57,574 nt of DNA, filler included, from Sphacelaria rigidula (GCA_964200075.2; 7 parts of 7 records of this genome joined end to end with filler, not necessarily neighbours in it); one strand, 5' to 3'; positions 1-13,586 are shown, counted from the first letter of the whole stretch. Notes: generated by a model from the sequence alone, not told the origin. Made by a program: numbers and translations.

Positions 1-3000
1 GGGAACGCTATCTGTTGTGCACATGGACATTCCACGCGCAGACCAGACAGTCAATCATACACTTGTATCTCGTATCGGCTGCGTATTCAGAACATCGATT
101 TGGATCTTCCGACAAGCTAGCATCCCTTAGCGGCCAAATCAAAGATTAATGTCCAAACGCTGCTTTACTCCGAGACATGTATTCCTATCCAAACGTTGCT
201 TCATTCCGAGGCATGTATGCCCGAGATTACAGATCCCGAGACTAGCCCCTGCAAATACCATGACACTTTTCTGTGTGGCCCCTTGCTGTCTGGCTCGTGA
301 TCCGTTGAAGATCACTCCGAGATAATTCAAGTTGTGAATAGAAGAAAGGACTTGTCGAGCACGAGTCCCCCGTTAGAAGTTCTCTTCTCCAGATCGTCTG
401 GTAGAGGCTACAGTCTACGGGCAGGACCTTGCTTTATTTGAAAATCCTGTAGCGTGAGCAATGTACGGTACATGCGTGGATTTGTTTATCGACAGTTTTG
501 GCGTCCGATCGGACACCTGAAATCCCCCCCCAAATGTTCGTCACCTAGGACCCCGACACTTCGGTTATCAAAATCCAAACTTGTTTGGCGTGTAATAGTT
601 GTCAATAGCTACCGGCAAGGGAGAAATGCAAGTATACTTCGAAGATTTGGTGTGGATACGAATATCTTCATTCTCCGGGTTTACATCCCCAATAAAGGAC
701 CCATCCCCAATTTGTAAAATACCGTGTTTTCGATGAAAATATCGGAGATATGTTATAGTCAGAAATGGAGTCCCCTACACTATATGTATCGGTTCTTCTC
801 TTAATTGATACACTCGTGTTAGAAACACGCGGAGGTCACTACCTTTTACCATTCATTGTCAAGCAATCTAACCGTCGCATCAAAATACGACGTCTCTGTT
901 TTGACGAATTTTGATGTGTTGCAACTAGACCGTCCCGTCGTTCCCACTGTAGGATCCTGACTTGATGAGACAGCTACTCCTGCTGTCGACGTCTCCTTCC
1001 AAGACGATGCGGTCCCTGTTTCTATCGATGTGAGAAGGCATCTGGAACGTGTAGCTACAGGGCTTACTCTCGACGTCGTTCCAGCACTGAGCAGCAAAAA
1101 TCCTACATCCTGCCGCCTAAGCTCGTGATTTTCTTAGGAGCGGTTTCTACCGTTAATGAATTCTGAAATGCCCAGATTATTCAACGAAAATTGCCTCAAA
1201 CAACGTTTTCGTGATATTGAGTAGAGGATACGATCGAGAGTGAAAAGCGGTCAATTAGTGAATAAGCCGTTTCAGTTCCGAAATGCACCTCCACCAGGCC
1301 CATTATTCTCTCTGTAGTAGCTTGCCACTGAGGCCCTTGACATCCCTGAGTAGGATATCGACGTGTAACTGTAAGCACACGCTAACAATGGAGACGAAGA
1401 GAAGCACAGACGGAATGAAATCGGCCAAGTTAAAGCGAATGACCGAAGACACTCTCAATCAGCGCTCTACTCCTAATCTCACGGAAACACTGTTTAGAGA
1501 AGAACGTCTCGATTCTAAGAAGTCCGCACGATTGTATTTACTGAGACTTCGTATGACTTGCGTAACGGATGGCTCCAGTTGGATTCATCCGTTACACTTT
1601 GTGTTTATTCTGTTCACAACTCAGTTCTTCTTCGGCTCGTGGCTTCCTACGGGGACTTCCACACTCCTTCCTTGCTGCAGCTTGACGGCCTTTATGGGAC
1701 GTCTTTTCGCTGATGCTGAAGACGGCTCTGTAGTCACGTACGGTTCAAACCCTATTGCCACGGGACCATAACCTGTTGGAAACTATGTGGCTTTTCATGC
1801 AAGATATATTCAGACATGAGTGTTCGAATATTCTTCAGACAGGAGTTCGCTCAACCTTTGTTAACTGTCAAGGGGAACTAGGCTCCACTATCTTGGCAAC
1901 AGTAACCTCCGCAGAGGGTGCAACTGTCAACTTACTTTTGATGCGCAATAAAAGAAAGAAGTCGATATGTTTTACAGGCGCTTATATGGCCAATGCAGAA
2001 TAGAACACTTAAGTCTCTTGACACAGCTAAAGAACTTTCGAGGCAGTGTCTTAGCAGATTATCTTCTAGCTGAAAAAGCGGTGAAGAAGAGAAAGCGATC
2101 TGATAATGCGTTAGGATAGGTCGTCATTTTTGTCCACGACATTCATGTTTATGACCTATCAGATCGGAATTTCTGTTCTCCACCCCACTTTCGCGATCGA
2201 ACACTATGTTTTTAGAGTAGACACGCCCTGACAGGCTGGTACGCCTTTTGAAATGGAGAGATAGAGTGTGACAGCTAAGAGCTACCCCGATCTCTTATTC
2301 CTCTCCATAGACTCTTCGTACCATGAAGCTGGACGTTCGAGCCTTGATTCTATATACTCTTGCGTTTGATTCTACATACCTAGCTCTTCGTTACTGTTGA
2401 CACTTCTGTACCCGATCCCTACAATACTTGAGCTATTGCTCCTGGCCTAGTTGTCTCTTGACCCTATGCTTCTGTCCGTTCATTACCCCGGTCTTACCTA
2501 CATCGTGACTGCTGAGGTCAAACTTTCCAGTGATGCCGCTCATGGCTACGTTGTACTTCTGAACTGGATTTCTCATTACCAACTTATATCCTTTGGAAAA
2601 CAAAGTACCCAAGTTCGGAGCATCCACCTGTTCAACCAGCATTATGCTCACATGCAAAATGGCTGTCAGGCTCAGGTGTCTCTCTGTGGATGCTTACATG
2701 GTTGCCTGCGCGGCGTTTATTAGAGCTCTTCTTGTCTGTGAGAGAACTCTGCAGGGGGGCTGAATGCCACGTACTGTACATAAAAATAGAGACCCACGAT
2801 CGAGGTGAAGCCTTTGAAGCAACATACCTAATGAGACAGTGCGTGCGCATCTATGCTGTCATTACCAAGCGTGCAGAGGCTCTACACCCTTAGCCACGCG
2901 GAGAAACAAAATACTGCTAACCGGCAAAAAAAGCTCTGATCCATTCATGAAGACATGCAAGGATCTTCTCCACCTCAAAACCATACCCGAAAAAACATAC

Positions 3001-5273
3001 TCGCGTAAATTATGGATAGAGATTTCCAAGGACTGTCGAAAGCAAGAAGACGCCAAGAATCCTCCCCACCGCAAATATATGCCAGAAAAAAAAACGCGTG
3101 TGAGTTATGAATATAGACTTTCCAGGACCGTCTAAAACAAGGCATATCAACGGCAATCGCAGGGTATACCCCATGACTACAATGCTGCACACGATTCAGA
3201 CGATTCAACTCCATTTTCCTGCTACGTGCACGTTTGATGCACCCGTTTTTAATAACCTACCGTCACCCGAAAGAATGCATTCCCGCTGGGTATTCCGCAG
3301 TCAACCACACGCAAGACTGTCGGACGCAATCAAGAATCACGCATACCAACACGAGAGTACGAAAATACATGCGTCTCCTCTTCTCATCCGAACGCGAATC
3401 AACCGAGATCTGATTTTGACACAGTACTCAACACAGCAGACACGTGCCGTAGACACACGCGACCAGGACGACGATCGAGCCAGACTAAGTGAACGACTAG
3501 TGAGAGTGGCACGATATCCGTCGTCCTTACATCACAGCGACCACTGACAACTATTAGCTATGATCAACAGTAACAGGCGGGCAGGGGGGCCCTACGCAAC
3601 CGAACTACATGCGACGGAAGAGAGCAAACTACTCAGAAATTACAGGGTGAGAGAACATGTACCACGAGGGAAATGCAAACGGTCGATGTATTCGCGATCA
3701 AGCGGACGAAATACTTTAGAGGCTCGCGGCGGTCTAATAACATGAAAACGAGCGGTACTGCTTGCGCTTGGCCAGATGTGCAGCAATTCAAGATGATTAG
3801 AACCATCATCGTTTCCATGGATGTTAAATCAATCGGCTGGTAGGTGACCGTTTGCAGAGTAGAAACAAATACACTAGCAAGTATTTGAACGCTAGAACAT
3901 ACTCTGCAGCTGAGTTCTAGGAGCACAATGGTGCGAATAAAGAAGCAGTTTTTACACAGCAAAGCTTTTGTTTATCCTCCCTTCATCGTTTCGTAAGGAA
4001 AGCGCACTGTACTGACGAGGCAGCGTGCTATATCCTACAAATTGGAAGCTGACGAAAACAGGCCAACGGGAAAGGGGCAGGGGGGGGGGGGGACTACGAG
4101 TAGATGCAACCTAAATCAATCATAGCTTGTCATCATAGAGTGCTGCCTGTCGTCGGAATACGCCGTTCATGAAAATACAATAATATACGTCAACGTCCGA
4201 GCACGCGATCCCCCGTATGTTCTCGATAAACAAAATACATACACATCAAAGCTTGTTGAACACCATTACGCTGCCCATTGATAGGAAGAAGGGTCAAAGT
4301 CTGATTTTAATAGAGCAGACCCTTACGAAACGACCTACGCCAACTCAGCACCTCCTCCTTCGGCTTCGTGGAAAACATATTTCCGTGTTGATGACGATGG
4401 AGCGGCGCACGCTCCCCCGCCGCACAGGGCAGACGAAGTAAACGATGGATCACGCCTACCCTCTCAGCTACGCGCGCGAACCCAAGGTCTTGAATCTTAC
4501 GGTTGTGTCTGTCGCGCTAGGGTCACATCCACCGAACTGTTGGTTACACTTATGACGGACGGTCAAACTTCGAACGCGTGGACCTCAACGTCTCGAACGC
4601 CCACCATTTGACGTCGTCGTACGGGCCGCGGTGGCCGGGAAGCAGCATTTGGCCATAGTTTCTCACGACCTCACTTCTTCCCGGTGTCCCGACTCTTCGT
4701 CTTTTCCCCCGACGTCATTGACGCTGAGCGCGGGGTCTCGACAGTCCGGTTGCAAGATGGGCGGACCGCTGGATGGCTAACATGCTAACCCTTTGACCGC
4801 CAGTGGCATCCATATACTGAGTCACCACCATGCTACCTCGATGAATGGCTCATCACATAGTTGTTTCATCCTGCAGGCACTCAATGGGTGAAACACGGCG
4901 GTGAATGGACGCCCGGGGCGCCGCCCGCTGATGAACTGGAGGAGGAAGGGTTGGAAGCGGCCGCGGGATTAGCGGGGGAGGTCGCACGTCCGGCGGCGGC
5001 ACGTGCGGCCGTGTAGTTTTATCTTTTTTATTGGGTCGTCTTACTACCTTATGGGAATGTCCTGGATCGTACTCAGTGTCGGTAGCCGGCCGAGAATCCG
5101 TTGGCGGAGTCAGAGCCGGTGGGTGTGACGCATATCGCGGGGGCCAGAGCAGCACGACCAACGTCGGAAGCCCTGCTTATCGTCAAAAATCCCTCCGAAA
5201 ACGAACAGCGCGCAATGCTCGTGGCCACCTACTGTACCTTGTTTGCGGCAGGTGATGAAGGCGCCTTCAAGGT

Positions 5274-6254
5274 CTACAGGGAGCAACGATGCGGGTTCGG
5301 GCGTGTGCGCGGGTGAACACTCCCCGGTCGATGCTTCATCTCAACGACTTTCCGATCACCGACCGCCGCTGGAGAGCAGTCTTTACTCGAACCCTTCGAT
5401 AATTCCGGGAAAAACGTCGAGCGTGGATTGCCGGTCCATTTCCTCCCGTCCCTTCGTGACGAATACGATGCATGGCGACTATCGGACGCGTAGTCAGCAG
5501 CTGGAAACGGTCTGCGTGGTGCCTCCCAACTAATGCTGCCCGGGACCACCCTCTGTTTCCCTATATTGTTTCCCTCCCCACGTCTTCCCCGTCCACCACC
5601 ACCACCACCACCACCACCACCGCCGGCGCCACCGGCGCCGCCGCCATCGCCTCTCCTCCATTCCCATCCCCAGTCAAGGTCGGTGGCAGGAGCATCAGCG
5701 GTCGGCCTTTTGGTTGCCCCAGTAGTGACGTCCCAACTGACACTCTCACCCACTACCGGGCGCTGCCGTTTGCCAGCGGCTGGTTGGACGCGATAGCTCA
5801 AGTTTCGACCACTGTTATCGTCTTTGTCCGCGAAGGAGTCTACGCCGATCGACGAGAGCTGCGGTGAAGCGCCATACACCGCTTCTTTGAGCGCGCTGGG
5901 GGCCTCGACCACCTCGCGCCAGCAAAATAACATCAAGCAACCCTGTGCGACGACGACGAGGGCCATCGCCGAGTGCGCAATGATGAGAACGCCGGAAAAT
6001 ATTTCTTGGCTCTGATCCGTCTCGTCGGAAACGTCCACGCGATGCAGCAGCGCTAGGAACATGGAAGCGAAGACGACGTAGTGCCCCGCGCGGTACAGCC
6101 ACATTTCGACGGGCCGCTTGAAGGGGCTCAGGATTTCGGACACCACCATGAAAATCACAGCGAGGAGAAGCACGATCGCGATCTGGGCAGCGCTATCCGG
6201 GTAGATGAAGACACCTAATCCGGTAGAGGCGATGCGACGAAAGCACTCTATCAC
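5274..6254 (-). CDS. Terminal exon of a multi-pass membrane protein (C-terminal TM domain of the stramenopile adhesin-like / polymorphic-membrane-protein-like family)
   Basis: Acceptor ctgcag|GTG at 6254. Reads VIECFRRIASTGLGVFIYPDSAAQIAIVLLLAVIFMVVSEILSPF...WLYRAGHYVVFASMFLALLHRVD..., with several TM helices and a Gly-rich tail, open to the stop at 5274. Joins in phase 0 to the 7467-7640 exon. Confidence 0.8.
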   Translation of the reverse strand: MIECFRRIASTGLGVFIYPDSAAQIAIVLLLAVIFMVVSEILSPFKRPVEMWLYRAGHYVVFASMFLALLHRVDVSDETDQSQEIFSGVLIIAHSAMALVVVAQGCLMLFCWREVVEAPSALKEAVYGASPQLSSIGVDSFADKDDNSGRNLSYRVQPAAGKRQRPVVGESVSWDVTTGATKRPTADAPATDLDWGWEWRRGDGGGAGGAGGGGGGGGGGGRGRRGEGNNIGKQRVVPGSISWEAPRRPFPAADYASDSRHASYSSRRDGRKWTGNPRSTFFPELSKGSSKDCSPAAVGDRKVVEMKHRPGSVHPRTRPNPHRCSL

Positions 6255-7162
6255 CTGCAGCAGACGCGATTCGTAGTTTGTCAACGATTTTATGAGACGT
6301 TGCGACACGGGGGGGAGGAGCCAGGCACGCCGAGGGAGAAGTAGAGAAGGGGGGGGGAAGAGGCGAAGAGGCGAGAGAAGGGCGGGTTATGTATCCTTCG
6401 CCTTCGAATACGTCTCTCTGTCTGGCCGTGGAAACACAGATTTTCGAACCCATCATTCAACATGCAGATGCCTGTAAGAATTTATCTCTGTTTACTCTCA
6501 CGAGAGATTCCGGACCCGGTTCCACCTTGCTACTCGTACTACTCATCTACTGCAAAGGAGGGGGAAGAGGGGATACGGTCTTGCAAAATCATGTATCGTG
6601 CAAGCTCCACCTAGGAAGTGAAGGTCATCTCGGGTATTCATCTGGGATATCCATGTGTGAGTTCGTGTTCATCTTGGATATCAATCTAGGATGTTCCCCT
6701 CCCCTTGCGTATGCGGCACGGCGTTTGATCAGTATGCGCGAGCCAAGAAATATGGCCTACCGGTGTACCCTGCCCCACACTATTCTCTACCAGGGCACGC
6801 TAACCTATATGTGTGGTCATTCGAGTACAAGTTGTGTACGAGTTGTGGCTGTGGTTGGATTCGGTTCTTAGCGAGGACTCGCGGCAACATTGTACACGGT
6901 GGCAACGACAATCTGACGAATGTTGTTTTCCTTCTGTAGCAAACAAGGTAGTCATTTAAAGACAAAAAGTGCCTTCACGACCGTGCTCGACGCCCTGCTC
7001 TTTTTCGTTTGTTACGATCCACAGATGACATCTGGCAATCTACACATAACATCTGACCCGTATCGCTGCATTCAACGGCCGAATCCGTATCCTCTCCTTC
7101 CATGCTCGGGTTTGAGCAATGCGCTCAGACGACTGACGTTCAGTCAGCCACAAAGAATTTCG

Positions 7163-7429
7163 GGCTTATGCTACGATAGGGAGGAGGGGGCGGGCAGGAG
7201 TTTTGGGCCATTATTTCCACAAAAGTTCCACTTCAAATCGTTGTTGAAAGCCGGAACAGCTGTTCAAAGGCGCATGTCATCGATAAATAACACCATGCCA
7301 CACTGCCTGCAACTGTTTCTACCCAAATACAAAAACGCCGCGAGTGTGTTAGGTCGTCGTCTGACACACCTAGGAGTCCTTTGTTCGTGGAAGCGAACCC
7401 CCCGCCCCCCCCCTATCGTAGCACGATTC
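7163..7429. mobile_element. Sola-like MITE, family B, degenerate copy in an intron
   Basis: TIRs ggcttATGCTACGATAGGG ... CCCTATCGTAGCAcgattc. Internal sequence similar to 48070-48316. Near-TSD ttcg/ctcg. Confidence 0.7.
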
Positions 7430-7466
7430 CTCGACCCTTATCATAGGCATCGTCGAAGGCCCCTAC

Positions 7467-7640
7467 CTCATAGTAGTATTTGTCGTTTTTGTAAGGCTCC
7501 CACAAGTCAGCGCATGATCGAAGCTCAGGCTTTTCCTCGCGGTCCTCCAACACTAGGGAATGTCGATGCCGGAACAGTAACCACGAGAACACGGCCGGCG
7601 TTCCTACGGGGTACAGCAGCACCATAAGCCCGGCGTAAGC
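7467..7640 (-). CDS. Internal exon of the same membrane protein gene (5' part off contig)
   Basis: catgcag|GCT...GAG|gtaggg; 174 nt, phase 0/0. Encodes AYAGLMVLLYPVGTPAVFSWLLFRHR...LWEPYKNDKYYYE, giving the typical LWEPY..YYEVIEC.RR motif across the junction. Confidence 0.8.
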
Positions 7641-8140
7641 CTGCATGCGCGTACGTGTCGTCGTGCGGGGTACGGTGGGGGTGAGGGCGGCGGCGGGAAT
7701 AGCAAAACCAGTGCGGGGAGCGGACGATGTCTGTAAGCTTGTAGTGGTAGTGCTGTGCATATGCAGTAACAGTTTTTTTTATACAAACAAACGAACGAGA
7801 ACCACCTGAAAATCTAAACGTGCATGTACCGACGCCAGAATAGTTGGCCCTCATGATACCCCCCCGCCCCCCCCCACACACACTGGTTAGACAACCATGA
7901 GGCAGTGTAAAAGTCATGGCTGTCTCTGGAGGTGGCGATACCACAGAGTAAAGCAACTCGTTGGAGGTTGTCATTAACATGCCAGATGGTCAGTAGATTT
8001 CAGGCCGAACAACCTAAGCAGGATGCAGCTCACCCTTCATGCGACTCGCCGAACACACCACGGCTCTTCGCGCTTGGTGGTTTGAGTGCGAGCCTGGCCC
8101 GGCGAAAACCCGGCGTGCTCCGTCCCGGCTTTGTACGGAT

Positions 8141-8240
8141 NNNNNNNNNNNNNNNNNNNNNNNNNNNNNNNNNNNNNNNNNNNNTTAATTAATTAANNNN
8201 NNNNNNNNNNNNNNNNNNNNNNNNNNNNNNNNNNNNNNNN
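8141..8240. other. Artificial contig linker
   Basis: N44-TTAATTAATTAA-N44, stops in all six frames. Confidence 0.99.
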
Positions 8241-8280
8241 CCCCCCCCCCCCCCCCCCACCCAAAAAAAAAACAAAAACC

Positions 8281-8313
<33 letters not shown>

Positions 8314-8925
8314 TTTTTTTTTTTTTTTTTTCCAATGGTGGATATGATCCGTTGAGGTTCCACGAAATCGAGTCATTTCACCGCTCGAACCTATTGTATT
8401 TTAAACCCAACCCGCACGACGCGATGTTTGATCAACGATTTCGTTTTCCTCCTTGTCATCATATACTCTACCAAAATCGTATGAGAAGTAACAAATTCAA
8501 CAGGCCCACCTAAATAAAGTTGCGCATAAATGAGTAAATACATAAATTGATGATAAATGTTGTTCTGACTTCGTGCAAGACTAGATGCAAAAAATCAAGG
8601 TGGAAAAATAGGAAAAGTGGAATTGATTGCTTGCAGCACAACATTTGACGACCGACGATGTCGTTCACGATATCTAGCAGCACTTCTTTCACCAATCCAA
8701 GTTGGTACTTAACCGGCTTCATTTCCCCAAACTCTGGGAAAATAAGAGTAAACTCCCCAAATCTTGGGGGTCTACCTTGCAGTAATAGTGTCAGGCATAA
8801 AAATTTCATCTTCTTTTTTATTTTTGTCAACGTCTCTTTGGTGTTGTGGTTGCTCTTGTCTTTTCAATATCCAGTCTTCGAGCACCCCCAAAAAGAGAAC
8901 AAGCCAAGCTACTATTTCGATCTCT

Positions 8926-9166
8926 CTATTCGCTATCATCGTCGGGATGGTTTCCCTTCAAACCCACGGCTTTCACTCTGATCGTAAACGGCGCAGGCGC
9001 CGGGGGGGGTGAGATCAGCGCACCGAGCAGTTCGAAGAGCTCCATCGGTACCAAAGCGTGGTAGTGCCGACCGTCAAATCTCTTCGTAGCCCATATTTCC
9101 CCATCCACAATCTTGCCAGCGTCAACCAACGGCACCCCGAGCCGCGCCATTACCGGCCTCGCACGC
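8926..9166 (-). CDS. Terminal exon of an SGNH/GDSL-hydrolase-like (PC-esterase-like) protein
   Basis: Pyrimidine tract and ttcggcag|G acceptor. Reads RARPVMARLGVPLVDAGKIVDGEIWATKRFDGRHYHALVPMELFELL..., containing the DxxH motif, to the stop at 8926. Phase matches the 15099-15256 exon. Confidence 0.65.
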
Positions 9167-10798
9167 CTGCCGAAGATAAAAACACAGCCAAACAATCGGA
9201 GGACAAATTGAGAGGTGGACTGTCTTTTGAGGGCACCATACATTCTCCACTCACCCCGGAGAACACGGTATTTAGATTTTTGCGTGTCGTGAATTGAGAC
9301 TACTGAAGCCTGGTGGCTATCAATATCTTGCAATACCCGTTCACAGACGACAGCAGTGCCATGTCGCGGAGAATCCAGGATGAAAGTATTCGAGAGAGCC
9401 ACCCGCTGGAGCACCCCGACTGGAGATGAGTGAAAGTGGCGGAAGCAACACGGGAACTGAGATACCTCTGTCTTACCGGCGGTTGGCATCTTTCCTTGTT
9501 CCTTGTCGCAAACTTTGCGCCCTTTCCTAGCGGCGATTGTGTACATGTTCTACTTTGTACTTGGTTTCGCCCATCCCCTTTTTACTGATGAGCTCCATCT
9601 CTCTCTCTCTCTCTCTCTGCTCCGGTCACATTTATTGTTTCTTCGTAACCGAATCGTTCTGGTTTGCTTTGCTTCCGGGTCTATTTACTTCTTGTTGTAG
9701 CGGTCTTTGCGTCTCGTTCCGGCAAGGCTCATGGGGGTGACCGTTCATGCCCAACTAAAGTGGCTCCCAAATAGCTGAGCAGTATCCTGTTTCCATAACC
9801 TTTAACGTTTTTTTCTTTTCCTTCACAGCCTCCTCACCCGAAGCCACGTGCCATCTGGCATGGGCCGGCACTTTCATCGTTCATCATTATTTCTGTCATA
9901 TTTTCCATCGGGATCATCAGTACTATCCATCTTGGTACGCTTTTTCTTCTCCGTGTTTCGATTTCCCTCACGTTTTTTTTTTGTGCCCGATTTTTTTTAT
10001 ATTTCTCGTTTATAGTTCATAGTCTTACTCCGTTTGTTCTATTTTGGTATCTTTATCGCTCCTCTTTCGTCGAGTTCCCTTGAACGAGCGAGTGTATCCG
10101 TTGTGATTTTCACTTGGGTAGCTTCATCTCGTGACAGCGGCCAGATTCGTCGGGGATCAGTTCATGTTCACGTGTCACGAGTGATGAATAAACCGATCAG
10201 GTACTGATGGTGAGTACTGGCGGTACCAGATGTTGTCACTATCCACGAAATGTCCACATGTGTGGTCGTTTTCCAATAAATGCTACATGTTAATTCATCA
10301 TCATCCAGCTGCAGTGCCAACATACAGGTGCCTCTGTCCACAGCGGCAGTAGCATGTACCCCTCAGTCGGAATATGCAAGACCAAAAACATGAGCAGCTA
10401 CCCCCTCCTGAGCTGAACACGGGTCCCTTCCCACAGCGGCAGTTCCGAACAGCGGTTGTTCTGGTTTTCTTGGGAAAATGTTACGCTCGTGTAGTTTAAA
10501 CGGCAAACTTTGGCGGTGAATATCGAGCTTAAGCTAACCCTCTGGTAGCTAAGCAGTCATCCTCCATCCGGTAAATTTGCGTGCTCAATATCAAGATCGA
10601 CCTTAACCTTTCGTTAGAAAAGCGGCCATTCTCCACGTGAGCCCACGCATGCCAATACATGCTTTTGTGTATTGGTTAATGTGAACGGTTTTCCCTACAG
10701 CGAGGATCCCGAACAAATCGTAGTCAAGCGTTCAAAAGAGGTTGGTCTTGCCCCCAGGGCGACTTCCTCACCAGCTGAATGAAGGGGTGAGGGGGGGG

Positions 10799-10880
10799 GC
10801 GTACTCATTTGTTGTTTGCCTTAGTCGTGTGGCCATTGACCACGCATCCCTTTCGAGACGGAGCACCGTTCCTACTCCTG
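10799..10880 (-). mobile_element. LINE family A, 5'-truncated 3' end
   Basis: Encodes the ORF end RSRNGAPSRKGCVVNGHTTKANNK*, followed by gtacg and a C-run. Flanked by near-duplicate tgaaggggtgagggg / tgaagggatgggggg. Confidence 0.8.
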
Positions 10881-12260
10881 TGAAGGGATGGGGGGAAGGG
10901 GGAGGGAAAGAGGCGTTTTGTCACGGGCTGCTCCTTCGCCGGTGACCTGACTGTGCAGCAGCGCTGATGCAATACCCCATAATGCGCCAACATAGTTTGT
11001 AAGAGATGGATCTGATCAATACACATCCCTACAGTTTGAGGTTGTCAGGTACCTCGAGCACCCCGGCATACGCGTACCATGGAGTGTCGACACTCAGTTC
11101 ATCCTGTCATACTACCCTTTACAACAAACACACCGAAAATATGGGGCATGCCTGGTGAACATTCAGGTACTGTACTCTAGCCCGCGCTTTGTCTCGCCTT
11201 CGTCTGGCGCCTGAAGGCGCAACTACTACATTACATGACCCAGTTCACCAGTTCATATGTATACGACAGAGCCGACTTATACCAAGCCTTAGCAGTTAGG
11301 GGCGTCTCTACCTTAGGGGCGTCTCTACCCCTGCTATGATAGGTGCCCTGATAAACTCTATACCTTTTTGGGTGTTGTGTCCCGAAAACACAGAGCCCGG
11401 GGGGTCTATACACTAGAATAGTCTACGACAGCCCTCCCCCCCCCCCCTCAATGATCATGAGTACACCCCCTTAATGGTCATACGACCAAGACAAATTACA
11501 AATGTGTGTCCCCTCCCCTGTTTTGTTTTGTCTTTCGTTTCGTTCACTTCACTGCGTCCGTTTGTCGCATCTTCCCTTCCATGCATTTTCCACATAATCG
11601 CGTTTCCTTCGACGAGTGCTTCTTTTTGGTTTGCCTTGGGCAAGTCTACCTATCTATCTGGTGGACAATTACCACGACGGGGTTTTCCGGGGAGCAGTTA
11701 ATTTGCGACGGTCAGTCAACTAGTCAAACCAATCCATCAATGATAACCTTCTTATACGTGAGAAATTTCGTTGGAGCCAAGGAGAAATTTCTCTCGACGT
11801 CCCACAGGGCAGCATTCTGGATTTTCCACGAGTTCTCGCGGCCTTAGGCCGGATGTTATGGCAAATAGATTTTTGGCCCACGGATTGTTCACTTTTGGGA
11901 GGTTTGACCCACCTTTTGACCCCCAAACAGGAAAAAACCGCCAACATACGTCTCGGACACTTTGTATCACCCCACAGAGAGGAGCCTAGTCTACTTTTCA
12001 GATTCGCTCGGCTCAGAGGTTTCGAGATTGGCCGCTGAACAAAAGTTCGTGCGCGAAAATCTGTGCTTGCCTTACAGGACAGCATTTCGGTCACTTGGAA
12101 TATATTTTGTTTTGCTTTTCCATCCCAGCTAATTCGTCCGTTCTCGTTCCGGTTCACACTGTATACATAAACAACACTTACTGCGTCTTCTCTCGATCCC
12201 ACGTGCGGGCCTCTATTTGAACACGTCTTTCCCCGCCAGCGTGACAGGTGCCCTCCCTCT

Positions 12261-12600
12261 GAGTAATGCTAAGATGGGGGGGCGTACTTATTTTTTGCTT
12301 GCCTTAGTCGTTTGACCATTGATCACGCATCCCTTTCGAGACGGAGCAATAGGGGGGGGGGGAGGTTTTTTTCGCCATTTCTTCCCCAAAATTTCACCTC
12401 AAATTGTCGTCAAGAGTAGCAAATTTGGTTTGGACGCGCTTGTCAACAAAAAGATCCAGCCATTTACACTGCTTGACACCGTTTTGACGCAAAGACAAGC
12501 GCACTACGAATGTGTCGGGTCGTTCGACACACGTGTGTGAGTGCTGCTTCTCCTGCAATCAAAAACCTTCCCCCCTCCCCCAACTATCGTAGCATGACTC
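12261..12600. mobile_element. Sola-like MITE, family B, with a LINE fragment inserted in its left TIR
   Basis: GAGTAATGCTAAGAT... and ...CTATCGTAGCATGACTC ends. Perfect 4-bp TSD CTCT at 12257-12260 and 12601-12604. Confidence 0.8.
12279..12348 (-). mobile_element. LINE family A, 3' fragment nested in the MITE
   Basis: Shared core gccttagtcgtttgaccattgatcacgcatccctttcgagacggagc. Sits in the G-run of the MITE TIR with an atggggg/ataggggg duplication. Confidence 0.8.
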
Positions 12601-13249
12601 CTCTCTTCTGTGCCTCTCGCTTTCCACTCGCAATGCATTCGCTCACACATCGGGACGCAGCACACACTGCAACACACTGCTGTGTACTGACAATCAAACT
12701 ATTTGATGAACATGTGAACGTTCGGCATGTATCCAAGTATGCCTGACAGGTATTGAAACAAGCCAAATGCTTTCAGAATCAGTAACTCATCTCTTGGCTG
12801 AACAATTTTCAGTTTTGAAGGGCACATGTTTTTACGGTTCGTACGTGGCGCACGCTGGCAGTCGCCATTGCTGCGAAATGTGCAAGCACCATACATGCCC
12901 TACGGTAGTCCTATTTATGCTTTGGCGGCAGTCCTGAAAACTCGGGGCAGGGCTGGCACACCTCGAGCGTGTTTGATCCTGCACGCATGCCGCACCGTCT
13001 CAACTATACCCCTGCCTCTTTTACTCTCTGGACTGCTGCTGCAGCTAGTCTACCATACGCACATGCAATTTCGTTGTCATCCGCGGTAGAATGCAACGGT
13101 ATGAAAGCGTTAGCTCGCGATCGCTCTCAACATAACACAGTCCACTTTCCGGGGTAACTTTCAAGCGCACACGGTAGACTTCGAGATCTTCCCGGTTGTT
13201 TTACGAACAGATACCCGTACCCCCCCTCAAAGGCCATCCTTCTCTACCT

Positions 13250-13586
13250 GATCGCCCCTGTAGCAGAGCAATAGAGAGCAGAGCTCATATAGTGGCAGAA
13301 TGTGAGGTACACGAGGAGGAACGGGATGCCTTAGAGAGGGAAGTGTGGAGTAAACCAAGGTGACATAAAATCGTTCGGTCATTAGACAGAAGCGAGAGAA
13401 CGATCGCTATACTAGGACATGGATGGTGGCCACGGACGGCGAAATGGAAAGGGGAGAAGATATTTGAAGAAACGTAGTGAGCGCCCAAATGGTGAAGGCG
13501 TCTCTATTAGGAATGGGAACGATGCCCCGTCTCGAAAGGGAGGCGTGGTCGATGGTCAAATGACCATGGCAAGCAACAAATACGCG
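13250..13586 (+). mobile_element. LINE family A, longest fragment, with the ORF2 C-terminal zinc-knuckle region
   Basis: Reads (D)RPCSRAIESRAHIVAECEVHEEERDAL...TIAILGHGWWP...GVSIRNGNDAPSRKGGVVDGQMTMASNK. The E-x3-H-x4-C knuckle is typical of LINE ORF2 C-termini (RTEX-like by inference). Near-TSD ccttctctacct / ccctctcacct. Confidence 0.75.

Noticed and set aside
840-4800. Coding-like stretches in contig 1 (e.g. 1755-2003, 4277-4610)
   Set aside because: Frequent stops and no recognisable motif or splice-consistent model. Probably decayed TE, but I cannot assign it.
8185-8196. Regularly spaced TTAATTAATTAA as a biological repeat or array
   Set aside because: It is always embedded in N44 flanks at fixed spacing, so it is a synthetic six-frame-stop linker.
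10503-10637. Two degenerate ~66-bp units resembling 22-aa FNIP-like repeats
   Set aside because: Only two very diverged units, with no open frame.
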